NCBI GenBank assembly: GCA_964016885.1 | Contig: OZ024743.1 | Location: 314,092,001 to 314,156,000, forward strand | Origin: Eledone cirrhosa | Lineage: Eukaryota | Length of the DNA stretch: 64,000 nucleotides | Direction of reading: 5' to 3' | The notes under the pieces: model-generated | What the model saw: only the letters and a program-made list of their open reading frames with translations | Database searches by the model: none | Told to the model about the DNA's origin: nothing | Part shown: positions 42,117 to 56,200 of the stretch, one piece after another | Layout: each line of letters opens with the position of its first letter | Position numbering within the stretch: position 1 is the stretch's first letter | Position numbers and translations under genes: made by a program

Positions 42117-44239
42117 GATTGGTAAAGTGGAGGGTATGGTAGAAGATATTTGGGCAATGTGCTATGGCACTGTGGGAACTGAACCAGAAAATACGTGGGT
42201 GTGAAGCGAATTCTTTAACTGCACAGTCATGTCAACGATCATGTATCTATTTTTCCAAACATCTAAGTAAAGTGTGACCTGAAACTTTACTTCGATATTA
42301 ACAAAACTGACGTCAATACATCAATAGTTTTGTGGTTATAAGGCATGTTCATAGTAACAGATAGATCACAATTTCATGTGTTAATTATTTGCAATTAAGA
42401 CTGATACATCAACGTTTCTGCATCTATTATTTTCGATATAATTATATTTAACGTAAGATTCCTCGGAGGAATTGATTTAGAAATACATTTTTCTCTTACT
42501 TTATTAATTACTTTAAAATGCTGATTAAGTATGTAAATTTCTAGCTTGCTGTATAGTAACTGCTATAGCACAGGCGTACTGCATCCTTAATTATATATAC
42601 ATATACACCCTAAAAACACAAACATACATACACATACATTCACACACATACACACAAAAACCTATATATAGAGGAAAACAGGTAAAGAAATTTAGATATA
42701 CTAAAATATTCCAGTGATATAATGTAAATTAGATCTCTCACGCTGCAACACTTTCAGATCATACATGTGAACATCATATACTCAATGACCAGTTATATGA
42801 AATCCTAAATTTAACATTCTAAATTATTTTCTAAAGACATGGATCGGAGAATCTCCTCACCGTTATCTCTAAGGAATCTTAATGTTTGAATTTGTTATTT
42901 TTATATCATTCATTTTGCTATTTCAACTTGTTATACATTTATTTATGTTTCTTCTAATCAATAACTTCCGTGATGTTTGTCTTACACCTTTAAATCATTT
43001 TGGCGTCAGTTGGAGCTGTAGAAACGGTGTTTAAGATAAGACCTTGTAACATACATTTTCTTTTCCTTTTGTGTATTTTTACAGACTTTGATTATGTATC
43101 AGATTTCTGCTTTCTGTGCGGGTTGGATCAAATGACAATCTATGATATAATATAATTCAGTCGGCTATTGTGAGTGAAGTCTCGAAAATTTGGCGCTGCT
43201 ACAAATAATATCATTGCTCATGTTTGGTTAGAATAACTTAGAAAACAAATGTGCATGTATTTGTTAATATAAATACATGCACGTCATTATTGTAGTACTT
43301 CATATTTCATACCTAACTACACTAATTTGCAAACTATACATCTATCAATATAAATATGGTTTCAATTTATACGATTAAGTCTTTCCAATGGAAGCTATAT
43401 TTTAAAATTTCTTCAGACATTTGACGAATACGTTAAAATCTTCTTGAGTAACTTTTAATCAGTTAGGTAGGTTGTAAGTATTTGGACTAAAGAAGAAGTA
43501 ATCTCCCGCTAAAATATTATTTGTTTGATCTAGAGTATGGAGGAAGATATGCAATGTAGCCTCATCCCAAACTATACAGCTGCTATTGCCCTATTTTATT
43601 GGACAAGGCAGGTTCTTAAATTAGAGAGGGTATATATATAAGTTGTAAAGCTTGTTTCATTTCCGGGGTCATAGATAGAATAAAAGAAAATTACTGGACC
43701 CAGTCTCTTACTATAGAACATAATATGGAGTGAATCTGTAATTCAAAGGTCCAGCTTTCTCACACATTGTATAACGCTGATTGATTTGACTAAAGAATTA
43801 CGTTAATGGTACACACGTTAGCACAATTCTCAACCAATTACATGTCATTTTACGTGTTACACGTTTGGCTGATCGGAGAATTGAGGGCTCAATGTCGGAA
43901 ACGTCACCGGTTCTATCACAATTCATCGGCAAATAGAAGAGAAATAACACACTAATATCTTATTAAAGGGAAGATTATACTAGATAATGTAAATCTAGAT
44001 AGTACTAAAACACACTATGCTCACAGCTGGGTCAGTTTTCAATTATACATAAATACTAAAGAGGTACAGAGTTCGATTCTCTGTAGTGGCACCTGGCCGT
44101 GTTATCAGTCTATGAAGGTATTTTACCCGAGCTTCTTAGCTCTGTTCACATCTAATTTCCTGCGTTCGAGATTTTCTATATTCCTGAAATATTTCACCTC
44201 ACTCGACGTATCAATTTCTATTTTATATATATATATATA

Positions 44240-44300
<61 letters not shown>

Positions 44301-44853
44301 CTGAAGCTTTTTCTCTGTGTGTGTGGACAATTTTTAATGAGGGCTCATATATTCTATGACATTTCTTTGACATTTTTTACAGAGCTTCTCCTTGCACAAA
44401 ACCTGTGGTTGATCTACAAAGGCTTTCACAAATCGATATTGGGGCCTTTGGAGACATTAAAAAAGTTTCTGTTTTTGTGTCAATTTTCCTGATTAAGTAA
44501 GACAAAAGTTATCTTTCGTCAATACAATAGGAACTCATTTTTGATGTTGTCAAAAATGTTGTTTTGGAATTTTGATTATTACAATTCGGCTCATTCGGAC
44601 TTTACTCTTTGTACTTGAAACAAAAGATTTTACTGTTGTCAAAAAAAGGTATACTTAGACAGGATTTCTGTTTTTACATGGGATAACGGATGACACCGAG
44701 CTCACATAATAATTATTTCTCTGGAATAGTGCCTAAGGGGTTCATGTTTACATAAAGTACGTTTTTCTTTTATGTATTCAAATTTACTTTGTTTAGTTTA
44801 ATGAGCTACATCGAAAGCTACTTAAACCGTCCAAAGGACGGGTACTTTAGCTA

Positions 44854-44854
<1 letters not shown>
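44240..44854 (+). mobile_element. Non-autonomous Helitron
   Basis: A|TC 5' end, subterminal hairpin ccgtcc-aaa-ggacgg (44827-44841), 3' CTAG|T. Confidence 0.8.
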
Positions 44855-44892
<38 letters not shown>

Positions 44893-44899
<7 letters not shown>

Positions 44900-46413
44900 G
44901 ACGTAAAATAAGAAAATTTTAAAAAAATTTAAAATTAACTTACTAACTAAAATTTTCACTCCAACTAATTAGTTTCTGTAATGGGATAGAGATAGTTACG
45001 TAATATAACCATCGAGAATTCATTACGTCATCAGGGAGTCTATTCTCAGCTAAGTCTCCAGGCAATGCGCGGACACTAGGGACTCATATAAAAATAATAA
45101 TAATTCGGTGGAAGGAACACCTAGCGGGGACTGGATTCCATGCACTGAAAAAGTTCGCTGCCTCTGGTCAAATGGCAGATTCTAAAGAATCAATCACGTG
45201 ACACTGAGGCTAGTCGGAAGGAGTGGGTTGGTAAGATGACAGAAGCCTACTACCACACCAATGAATTAGTAGCGGATTTGCCAGGTATGCTCAACAAATA
45301 AATAATTTGGAGATAAATACAGAGAATTAGTATATCTACCAACATATGCGTACAGATGTACACTAATGCTAGCAGATACATAAGTTATGTCATAGTACCT
45401 AGGTGGTTCAATGCAGGAGGATGCAGAATATGAAAGACGTAAAATAAGAAAATTAAAAAAAAAATAAAAATTAACTTACTTACTAAAATGTTCACTCCAA
45501 CTAATTAGTTTCTGTAATGGAATCCAGTCCCCGCTAGCTGTTCCTTCCACCGAATTATTATTATTTTTATATGAGTCCCTAGTGTCCGCGCATTGCCTGG
45601 AGACTTAGCTGAGAATAGACTCCCTCATGACGTAATGAATTCTCGATGGTTATATTACGTAACTATCTTTATCCCATTACAGAAACTAATTAGTTGGAGT
45701 GAAAATTTTAGTAAGTTAATTTTTAATTTTTTTTTAATTTTCTTATTTTACGTCTTTCATATTATTGTTCTGCATCTGCCTGCATTGAACCACCTAGGTA
45801 CTATGACATAACTTATGTATTTGCTAGCAGTAGTGTACATCTGTACGCATATGTTGGTAGATATACTAATTCTCTGTATTTATCTCCAAATTATTCATTT
45901 GTTGAGCAAACCTGCCAAATATGCTACTAATTCATTGGTGTGGTAGTAGGCTTCTGTCATCTTACCAACCCACTCCTTCCGACTAGCCTCGGTGTCACGT
46001 GATTGATTCTTTAGAATCTGCCATTTGACCAGAGGCAGCGAACTTTTTCAGTGCATGGAATCCAGTCCCCGCTAGCTGTTCCTTCCACCGAATTATTATT
46101 ATTTTTATATGAGTCCCTAGTGTCCGCGTATTGCCTGGAGACTTAGCTGAGAATAGACTCCCTCATGACGTAATGAATTCTCGATGGTTATATTACGTAA
46201 CTATCTTTATCCCATTACAGAAACTAATTTGTTGGAGTGAAAATTTTAGTAAGTAAGTTAATTTTTAATTTTTTTAAAATTTTCTTATTTTACGTCTTTC
46301 ATATTATGGTTCTGCATCTTCTGCATTGAACCACCTAGGTACTATGATATAACTTATGTATTTGCTAGCATTAGTGTACATCTGTACGCATATGTTGGTA
46401 GATATACTAATTC

Positions 46414-46417
<4 letters not shown>
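44893..46417. mobile_element. Retrozyme-like array, 538-bp unit: about 1.2 minus copies joined to about 1.7 plus copies
   Basis: Period 45518 to 46056 and 45619 to 46157. One HHR per unit, no coding signal, (TA)n on both sides. Confidence 0.88.
44958..45039 (-). ncRNA. Hammerhead with extended stem II and palindromic stem III (plus copies at 45619-45700 and 46157-46238 have core CTCATGA)
   Basis: ACTCC-CTGATGA-[51 nt]-GAAA-CTAATTAG-TT-GGAGT. Confidence 0.82.
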
Positions 46418-46445
<28 letters not shown>

Positions 46446-47469
46446 CGAGTGTGTGTGTGCGTGTATGTATTAACACGTATGCATGAACTGTAGTAGCATA
46501 GTAAATATTCAACCATATACACGCTAATTCTAAGAGTTTGACATCGTTCCGTTTATCGAAAAAACGAATATATGATTATCGTCGAAACCGATGTAAATCG
46601 ATCATCAGTCATATTCTGAAATGAAAATTTCATTCATATGCTAATCATTGAAGGTGACGTAGGATCTATCATCGCACTCCTCTGAAATAACAGTTTCATT
46701 AAAATGAATGGTGTATTCCCTAAGAGAAGAACGTGAAGTTTTCATATAAAATCTCTTTTGTGTTCAATTTTTGTTACACATATTGGCTTATATTAAGTTA
46801 TTTACCAATGTTCCTTATGAGACTGGAAGGAAGTGAGGAATAATTGAAGAAGTCACGCTATTACAGTGAAGTAATTCCATAACATCATATTAGAACTTTA
46901 TTATTGTTTGGACGTATACAGCCCCGGAAAATCTCCGAACAAATTGAATATATATATGTGCGTGTTTATATATGTTCGTGTACATATGTGCGAAAACACA
47001 GTATGAGCGTGTATTTATACATATATGTATGTATGCGTGTTTTTTTTTGGCGGGTAGGGTGTGTGTGGGTGAGTGTGTATGCGTGTGTGTGTGCGCACGT
47101 ATGTGTATGTATATATCATTAATAAACATACCACGTATACACATAGTTCAGAGCTGTATAGTTGATAAATGTAAACATGTAATGGCTGAAAATTGTAAAG
47201 CCCCTATTGCTCATTTGGTTTTGGTAAAGAAAATGTTTATGGCCTGTGTTGGGGAAGCTTGTTTTGTACTGTTTACAAACGTTCGCTCTATTGATTATTT
47301 TACCCCTTTAATCTTCCATAGTTATGGAATATCACAATAGGTTATCACCATTAAACATGATAACGTTCTTTGAGAAAACATCATTATTCCACTATGTAAA
47401 TGTATATCAAGTGTCTTCGCATGGCATCTACTAGCATTAATATATATTATATATGCATGTACGTATATT

Positions 47470-48138
<669 letters not shown>

Positions 48139-48714
48139 AAGTACGTACAGTAGAAATATCGTTATGAGATTTCTGGGCCATTTATTGTGGTCCTTAACTT
48201 AAAATAACATTGTAGATAAAAAAATACTTTGCAAGTTTTTGTTCTTTTGCTTTCAAATTAGATTTCGCTCATGAAAAATTATCCAAAAGATTATACCTTG
48301 ACGAATAAAACCTACTAATATGCTAATAAAATATGAAAAAAAAATACTAATATTAACTCTTCTTCATTTAAACCATTGTTTCTACATTTAAACAATTGTT
48401 TCAATATTTAGCACAAGGCTAGTAATTTTAAGGGAAAGAAAATATCGATTAAATCGATCCTACTTCGTTACTGAGGTTTATTTTATCGACAGTTTAAGGA
48501 TGAAAGGAAAAGCTAACCTCTGCGGGATTTGACCTCATACCGTAGAAGTCGTAACATCATACACAAGAAAGTTTGTCCGACTTTCAGCCGATACTACTAA
48601 TCCACTGCAACTATAAACAACGACAACAGTAAACTTCAATATATGCCGTCGTTACAAATAATTGTTAAATACCACTCTTTTCCGCAGAGAAGTCATACTG
48701 TTCACTTAAATAAT

Positions 48715-48900
48715 TGTTTCTACGTTTGGCACACGGCTAGCAATAACACAGTACATTACTGGTACTTTATTTTATCGACCCGTAAGGATGAAAGGCAAAG
48801 TTAACCTCGGCGGGATTTGAACTCAGAATGGCAAGGGCCGTAACTCTATGCGTCAAAGCATGGCCTCCGACCCTCTACCGATACTCTCAATCCACCGCCA
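48715..48900 (-). mobile_element. tRNA-derived SINE with TSD (older copy at about 48395-48605)
   Basis: Family core sequence, flanked by tgttcacttaaataat and tgtacacttagataat. Confidence 0.88.
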
Positions 48901-50518
48901 TGTACACTTAGATAATGACTGTTCTGCATAGAATGCTGCACAAGCTGCACCATGGCCTGAAAATAAATCGGGATGGTCACAGTTTAAATGCCCATGGCAT
49001 CAGTTTTCACCATTCAGAAAAAATTAAATGTCATTTACAAACAAAGGAATAAGCCTAGAGATTTATTAAAAAAGTTTAATTGATATTGTTGACGTAATGC
49101 TTGAATAGCCCCTTATTTTATCGAACCTTGGAAGGCGAACGGCATCGTAAAACTGAACAAAATTTAAAGCCGACAGGTACAAAGCTGTCACTCCATACAG
49201 CAAAACATTTTTTCTGAGGCTTTTGTGACTCTGACTATTCATAACGACCAGAAGTTTCTAGTCTAATAAATAAGGCTTGGTCGACACAAATCTATAGTAG
49301 AAGTCATGTAAGATATTTCGCAAAAGGCTGGAACCTTTTACTACAATATTACGAAGCTAAGTTCTCATTGTTACAATTGTCTATGCATCCATAATACTTT
49401 TATTGAACATATATCTACTGCAAGTCAGTATGGGAACTCTAATTGTCATGGACATGCTGCAAATAGCATCAAATCATAGATAATCTTCGGGCTAATTTTA
49501 TACGCAATATACCTGCCTAGAGATACAGACAGGGTGGTCTGAGTCGGAATACATTTGAACATATATCTACTTGACTAAGGACTTTTCAAAAAGCAAACAC
49601 CGACGGAAGTCATTCTACTGAGAATATATCAGACATAAATCACTTCTGGCAAATTTCAAACGTAGGTTGTGGAAAAACTAACACATTTACTAACACAACA
49701 TCTATTAAATGAAATAATCAATAAACCCAATATTTATAAAATTAACTGAGCTGGTTATATTTTATAGCATCAGGCTTACTAACTAATAATTATATAAACA
49801 TCGTATTATTTAGATTAATATTTTTAGTTATTCTATGATATAGAATGCATATAAACTCCATGAAATATATTAAGCATTATACAATAAAATATTTATACCA
49901 ACTACTAACATGTATTTTACGCATAACCAGACACAATTTATACTTACTACTTTACATAGATATTCTGTGTGGTGTCGTTTTTATGTTAATGTAAACAGCA
50001 TCAATGCTACTTAATCACAACGGCAATTTTTAAAATATTAAAGCTACACAGAACTTCTGAATGGTAGAAGGTCATATCTTAACAAATACATTCACCACCT
50101 TCTGAAAAGAAATAAGCTGAATTTCAAATCATATACTTCATTAAATAATATATGGTTTAGTATGAAACTGATATTCTTACATGAAAAGAGCAGTCCTCTT
50201 TTGAATAAAACTCCACATAGTTATACGATAACGATATCGTATTGAATAAATATACAAAACTCAGTTATAGGTTTGAGATCGAATGATTAATTATATAATT
50301 TAGCTTTCTTCTTTTAAACACGGTGCGGCCGATTGTTGACAAAGCTCTCCACTCTGGAATATGATATCAGCTACTTGCCACACATTGAGGTTAGTTTAGT
50401 CGTTTGAATAGCAACTAAACGCAATTGCATTTTAAATTGTTATGGCATGTGAAAGGAATAAATGATAACGACTATGCAGCTAGAAAATAATCGAGCGAGA
50501 GAAAGCGCGCGTGACGCG

Positions 50519-50714
<196 letters not shown>

Positions 50715-51829
50715 GTATAATTTATTTATGTGGGGAAACTTCTTAGTCAGCAAAATAATTATTCCATTATAAAATAAAAACTTTCCAGTATTTGTTATGT
50801 TTATGTTTTTATTTTTTGTTTCTTTCCTCTATGAAAGATTAATGAAATAGTTTGAAACATTGAAAGTCGGTGAATGTCAACTTATAATTCAGCCATAATG
50901 GGTTGGGTATACAAACATCAATCAGCGCGTTAGAACAGCAGGGAAATCCATTGAAATAACAGCTATTATATTCACCAGGAAAAAGGGCAGAAAAGTAAAA
51001 ATGAATGAAATAGCAAACCAAGTGTAGCATAAAAGAGCGAGTGAAATAATGCAAAACATGGCTTGAATAAACGAAACAAAATTATACTATAAATATCTAT
51101 AAACACACAACATATTGATAATCCTTGAAAGGAATAACTTCATACTTAACGATGTTAGTACATACAATAAACACGAAGGGAAGTACAATATGGATAACCA
51201 GTGTATAGAAACATTTAGGAGGAAATTACTCTTTAAAAAGCAGGTATCTTTTCTGATGTATATTCTCGGCTATTTATAACCACTATTTATGAATAAAACC
51301 TATGTGAGTGATGGCTTCAGATAAGGTTAGAAATAGGTTTATGTTTAAAGGTAGGATTTATTGTCTATTTTCCTTTCGTTGAATTGGCAGAGTTAGAATC
51401 CACGATCTTGTGTCGGGTGCAGAAGTAGTTGATCAAATGTTATAAAATAGCCCACACGTCGTTCAAGGAATAAAGATTTAATAAAACAGTGTTGTTACCA
51501 TGTTGCGTACCAATGACTATTTAGAGATACCTATTATTAACATTCATCATTACAGATTGACCCAAGAATATGTCTGTCATTCAATTACAGGGGTTATTTA
51601 ACCAATACCTCATGCATATAATTTTGAAATAATATTAAAAATAATCAAGAAATTGAAATTATTTCGTTATAGTTAACTTTTGCATTTTGAAGCTTGTGTT
51701 TGGAGACTAGCTTATCACATTTACTTAAAAATATAAAAAAAAAATCATGTTCACTTAAAAATAATTTCTAAATAATTAAAATTCACACACACACATACAT
51801 ACACACACATACACACACTACACACACAG

Positions 51830-51870
<41 letters not shown>

Positions 51871-52460
51871 CATATATATACATATATATATATATGTGTG
51901 TATATATATAGATATATAGATATATATAAATATATATATATATATGTGTGTGTGTGTGTATGTATGTGTGTGTGTGTTTGTGTGTATAAATATATATATA
52001 TATATATATACATATGTGTGTCTAATTTCATTCGACCTCAGCACTAACACTCTCCCTCTCTCTATGTCTCTCTTTCAATCTACTATCTCACAACCATAAT
52101 CGCTTTCTTTTATTTCATTTGTATTCCCATTTCAGGGACAACTTCCTTTCAAAGTATTTCCCATCATGGACAGTTTTGGCTGCATTAAATAACAGACAAG
52201 CACACAATGTATGGACCCGTAACTCCCGATGAGGTCATCGGTCTCCGTTTTGAGATACGGCGTTTTTAGGGCATTTTAAAACCCTCGGAAACCATCTTTC
52301 AAATTTATATAAATATAAACACTTTAAAACAGTTTCTAGCGTAAACATATGGTGTATTCCAGGAAGTTTAGTATCAAAAGGGTTAATTGATTGAATCCAT
52401 GTTTTAAATGTGTGTGACCGGGAGTCACTTTTAGAATTCATGTTTATACTACACAAGAAA

Positions 52461-53240
52461 CAGGAGTGGGGTCGCAAAAATTATTTCAAAATAAAACTAC
52501 AAGTTTTCCTCTTCAAAATAATCACCCAGGAGTCTAATGCAGCTCCATCGTCATGATAATTTCGATGCCCTCCACGTCAAGAAAACTGGTCGTACTCAAA
52601 CATCCATGGCGCACCACTGGTCAGGACTCTCCTCACTAAGTATGATTAGGTTTCAAGGCGCTCGAGGAGGTAATGACACACCTGCATGCGCCACTCATTC
52701 TGGCCATCGTTCAGCAGCTTCGGCACCATCTTCACGCAGATCTTCCACTTGCCCAAATTTTCGACGATAATCTTTCAAACGCTGTCGCGATTCATGCCCA
52801 GCTAACTTGAGATCAATAGAAAGGTCAGTCAACGTTTGCCCCTTCCTCACGCGCTCAACGTGGGCCTCAGTTCTGCTCGTTGAAGGCTATCTACTCCCAG
52901 GTTCGTCTTCCACCTTTGTGCTATTCGAAACCCGTGAACACGACATCATCTCATTTCCGTACACTTGCACTATTCCAAGTGCATCTGGCAGCGTTTCCCC
53001 CAACCTGACTAGAAACATCAGGCTGGTTCGTTGCACTGTGTCCATCGCGCGACGGCTTAAAAAAAGGAGCTGTTAAAAAAGTATGCGGCTAATCATACAG
53101 TGCCTGCAGAGAGCTGAGATCGCAGTTATATACTCAACGGGTATGTTATCAAACAATGACGGAATCCGCTAATGCCTTCACCAATCATACACAGAGTACA
53201 ATACATGTATGTCCTGTTACATTTCTGACAAATCTCGAAT
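52461..53240 (-). mobile_element. Decayed, internally deleted mariner transposon
   Basis: Minus-strand remnants MDTVQRTSLMFLVRLG...QVYGNEMMSCSRV...VEDEPGSR*PSTSRTEAHVERVR and terminal GDYFEEENL*. Confidence 0.75.
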
Positions 53241-53255
53241 ATATATATATATATA

Positions 53256-53826
53256 GTGAAACTTAAGTAAGTAAGTTAATTACTATAATTTTCTTATTTT
53301 GCGTCTTTTATATAATTGTTCTACATCATTTTCTATTGAATCACACAGTTACTAAGACAAAACCTATATCTCTGCTAGCGTAAGTATACATCTGTATAAA
53401 TATGTTGGTAGATATACTAATTCTTTATAATTATCTCCAAATTATTTTGTTGAGCAAAAATTTGCCTAAATTACTACTATGGTTCATAGTATCAGTTTGG
53501 CTACTCTCTTTTTAACACCCCACTCCCCACTGATTAACCTCGATGTCACGTGATTGATTCTTTTGAAATGTCCACTGACCGGGAAGGCAGTGAAATGTTC
53601 AGTGTCTGGAATTTAGACCGCGCTTGCTTTTTTCCACCCACTGAATTATTTTTGTTTGAGCTCCCTGTGTCTGCCTATTTCCAGGAATATTAGCCGAGAA
53701 TTGACTCCCTGATGAAGAAAGGATTCTCTATAGTTTCCATTTGAACAATATATATATCCCCTTTCAGAAACTAATTAGTTGGAGTGAAACTTAAGTAAGT
53801 TAATTACTATACTTTTCTTATTTTAC

Positions 53827-53828
<2 letters not shown>
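53256..53828 (+). mobile_element. Diverged 1.1-unit copy of the 538-bp retrozyme-like family
   Basis: Terminal direct repeat gtgaaacttaagtaag...ttcttatttt at 53256 and 53784. (TA)n on both sides. Confidence 0.85.
53704..53785 (+). ncRNA. Hammerhead with intact core
   Basis: ACTCC-CTGATGA-a GAAAGG ... CCTTTC a-GAAA-CTAATTAG-TT-GGAGT. Confidence 0.85.
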
Positions 53829-53891
<63 letters not shown>

Positions 53892-54202
53892 AACAAGTAG
53901 GACCCCGACGGCTGAGCTCAAGCCATCGGGGTCCTACTTGTTCCTATTACCCACTCTACTACCCTAAGTATTGTGTACTTCGGTGCGTTATGGTCCATCT
54001 GGTTCCTTATGACATTTCCTTCGTTATATATATATATAGATGATATTCTACAGGACTAGAACTATTTCATTCTTTAGAAATCATCAGGATTCCTATTAAG
54101 GACTCATCAAGGCAAGTAAAGCTATAAGGAGCACTATCGGCCAATACAAGCCAAAAAACTAGTAAGAAAAGCCTTGACCTTATTATATCAGCCGTTGGGG
54201 AA

Positions 54203-55828
54203 ATGGTTAATTTTAACCTATGGGGGAACACTAAGGAAGTTATAGATTGGTTCTCTGGGATTAATAAACTTGAATCTAATAAGTTTATCCAGTTCGATAT
54301 TGATGCCTACTACACATCGATTTCACCCATCCTCCTCAATAAAGCCTTAATGTTGGCTATGAGAGTGTCCAGCCTTACACGATCACAGGTAGATGTTATA
54401 CTAGCAGCCCGTAGAACTATCATTAATTTTGAGGACACATTTTGGACCCGTAAAAACACGCCCAACAATTTCGACGTTACAATTGTTTCGAATGATTCAG
54501 CCCAGGTAACTGATCTTGTTGGGTTGTTCCTCCTAAATGAACTATATGTTACCTTTCCGCACCTTAAAGGCGGACTATATCGTGATGATGCATTGTTTGT
54601 GATTAACTCTAGCACCAACAATGTCGAGCATAATAAGAAGAAGCTTTATAAGTTTTTTAAAAGCTATAACCTTTCGATCACGATAGATAGAAACGATAGA
54701 GCGGTCAACTTTTTAGATGTGACTTTGGACTTGGTGACTAATAGTTTTAAACCCTTCCATAAGCCTAATGAAATACTCTCTTATGTTAGTCCCAATTCTA
54801 ACCACCCCAAATCTATGATAAGCTCTATAATTAATGGTGTATCTAATAGAATTTCCACACTCTCTAAGGACATAGGAATATTTAATGCACATGCAGAGTA
54901 CTATAATAATTCCCTAGCTAACTCCGGTTACTCTGGTAAAATACATTATAATAATAGTAACCTTAGAAAGTCTCCGCTTACATATAATAATAATAACATA
55001 ATATCCCATAATATGGCCATGAATGGGAGTAGAAAGCATAAGAATCGTATAAATCCCATAGGTGTATCCGAACCCATCCATAAGTTAAGCCACCGGATTC
55101 GTAATAGGGAATCTAATAGTTCTAGGGATCAAGTTGGGCACTCTGAGCGCTCACTCAGTGGTAATGCTTTTGCTAAATCTAATGTTTTTACTAATTCTAA
55201 TAGTGTTGTTTCTACTGATCCTATTAGTAGCCCTAATCCTATTGATATGATTCCAGATAGCAGTAGATATACTAAAGGTAGAAACAGAAGGAGACTCAAT
55301 GGGGTTTCGGCTGATTCTAATAATGTGGTTTCAACTAGTCCTCGTAGTAACCCAGATCTTAATAATGGGATATTAGATAACGGTAGAGTTGGTAAGGATA
55401 GAAATAGAAGGAGACTAAATACTTATTTTAACCCGCCATATGATCAGGAAGTATTAACTAACATCCATAGGTCTTTCTTTTCTATCTTAGAGAAAAATGT
55501 CCCTCCTACTAATAAATACCATGGTATTTTTAATAAAAATGTAATTAAACTATCATTCTCTACCACCCCTAATATTAGTTCTCATTTAGCTAGCACTAAC
55601 AATAGGAAAATTAGGGACCGCTACTCCTCTTTGCGTAATACTAGTCTGGATAGATCCATAAATGCCTTACCACCTGAGCAGACCTTATCTCATAGTAACA
55701 CTACGAGTGATGCATCACTACTTCAGCCGATCAATAGCACCCGGAATTGTAACTGTAGAGTGAGTGTTAACTGCCCTTTAAACGGTAACTGCCTCTCTAG
55801 GGGACATTGTTTATGCTTGTGTAGTTAA
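54203..55828 (+). CDS. PLE reverse transcriptase core + thumb + Zn-linker (partial, probably pseudogenic)
   Basis: FIQFDIDAYYTSI, FDVTIVSNDSAQVTDLVG, GLYRDD, VNFLDVTLDL, SNHP, YFNPPY, CNCRVSVNCPLNGNC. Confidence 0.9.
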   Translation: MVNFNLWGNTKEVIDWFSGINKLESNKFIQFDIDAYYTSISPILLNKALMLAMRVSSLTRSQVDVILAARRTIINFEDTFWTRKNTPNNFDVTIVSNDSAQVTDLVGLFLLNELYVTFPHLKGGLYRDDALFVINSSTNNVEHNKKKLYKFFKSYNLSITIDRNDRAVNFLDVTLDLVTNSFKPFHKPNEILSYVSPNSNHPKSMISSIINGVSNRISTLSKDIGIFNAHAEYYNNSLANSGYSGKIHYNNSNLRKSPLTYNNNNIISHNMAMNGSRKHKNRINPIGVSEPIHKLSHRIRNRESNSSRDQVGHSERSLSGNAFAKSNVFTNSNSVVSTDPISSPNPIDMIPDSSRYTKGRNRRRLNGVSADSNNVVSTSPRSNPDLNNGILDNGRVGKDRNRRRLNTYFNPPYDQEVLTNIHRSFFSILEKNVPPTNKYHGIFNKNVIKLSFSTTPNISSHLASTNNRKIRDRYSSLRNTSLDRSINALPPEQTLSHSNTTSDASLLQPINSTRNCNCRVSVNCPLNGNCLSRGHCLCLCS

Positions 55829-56200
55829 AACTAATTCCTCTAATAGCACATATATAGGCTCAACATCTAACACTTTTAAGACTAGGTTTAATTCTCATAT
55901 CTCTAATTTTAAACATGTTAAGTTTAAGAATTCTACTTCTTTAGCACACCATATCTGGGATCTTAGGGGGCTAATATACCATATAGCCTTAATTGGCGAA
56001 TAGTAGCACGCTCTAATAACCTATCAACACACACTAAATTCTGTAATCTCTGTACCCTTGAGACCCACTCTATAATTTTCTCTAGGGAACTCTTACGTAA
56101 TAGAAAGTCTGAGATATTTTCTTCCTGCCCCCACGCCATTTCTAATTCTTACTTTTATTATAAACTTAAAAGTTCTGGTAGTGTAAATTGTATCCATTAG
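55803..56200 (+). pseudogene. GIY-YIG endonuclease, frameshifted from the upstream ORF
   Basis: DIVYACVV...TYIGSTSNTFKTRFNSH...STSLAHHIWDL; CNLCTLE...SEIFSSCPH. Confidence 0.88.

Noticed and set aside
41337-46417. Tandem arrays as CRISPR or ordinary satellite
   Set aside because: No short repeat and unique spacer pattern. Units are 320-540 bp, dispersed, and carry ribozymes.
46566-46616. Hairpin with CTGATGA on the minus strand (similar arrangement at 31378-31412)
   Set aside because: GAAA lies on the opposite strand to the core, so it cannot be a hammerhead. Likely coincidence.
52368-52386. gtatcaaaagggTTAA, a piggyBac-like end
   Set aside because: No matching left TIR found.
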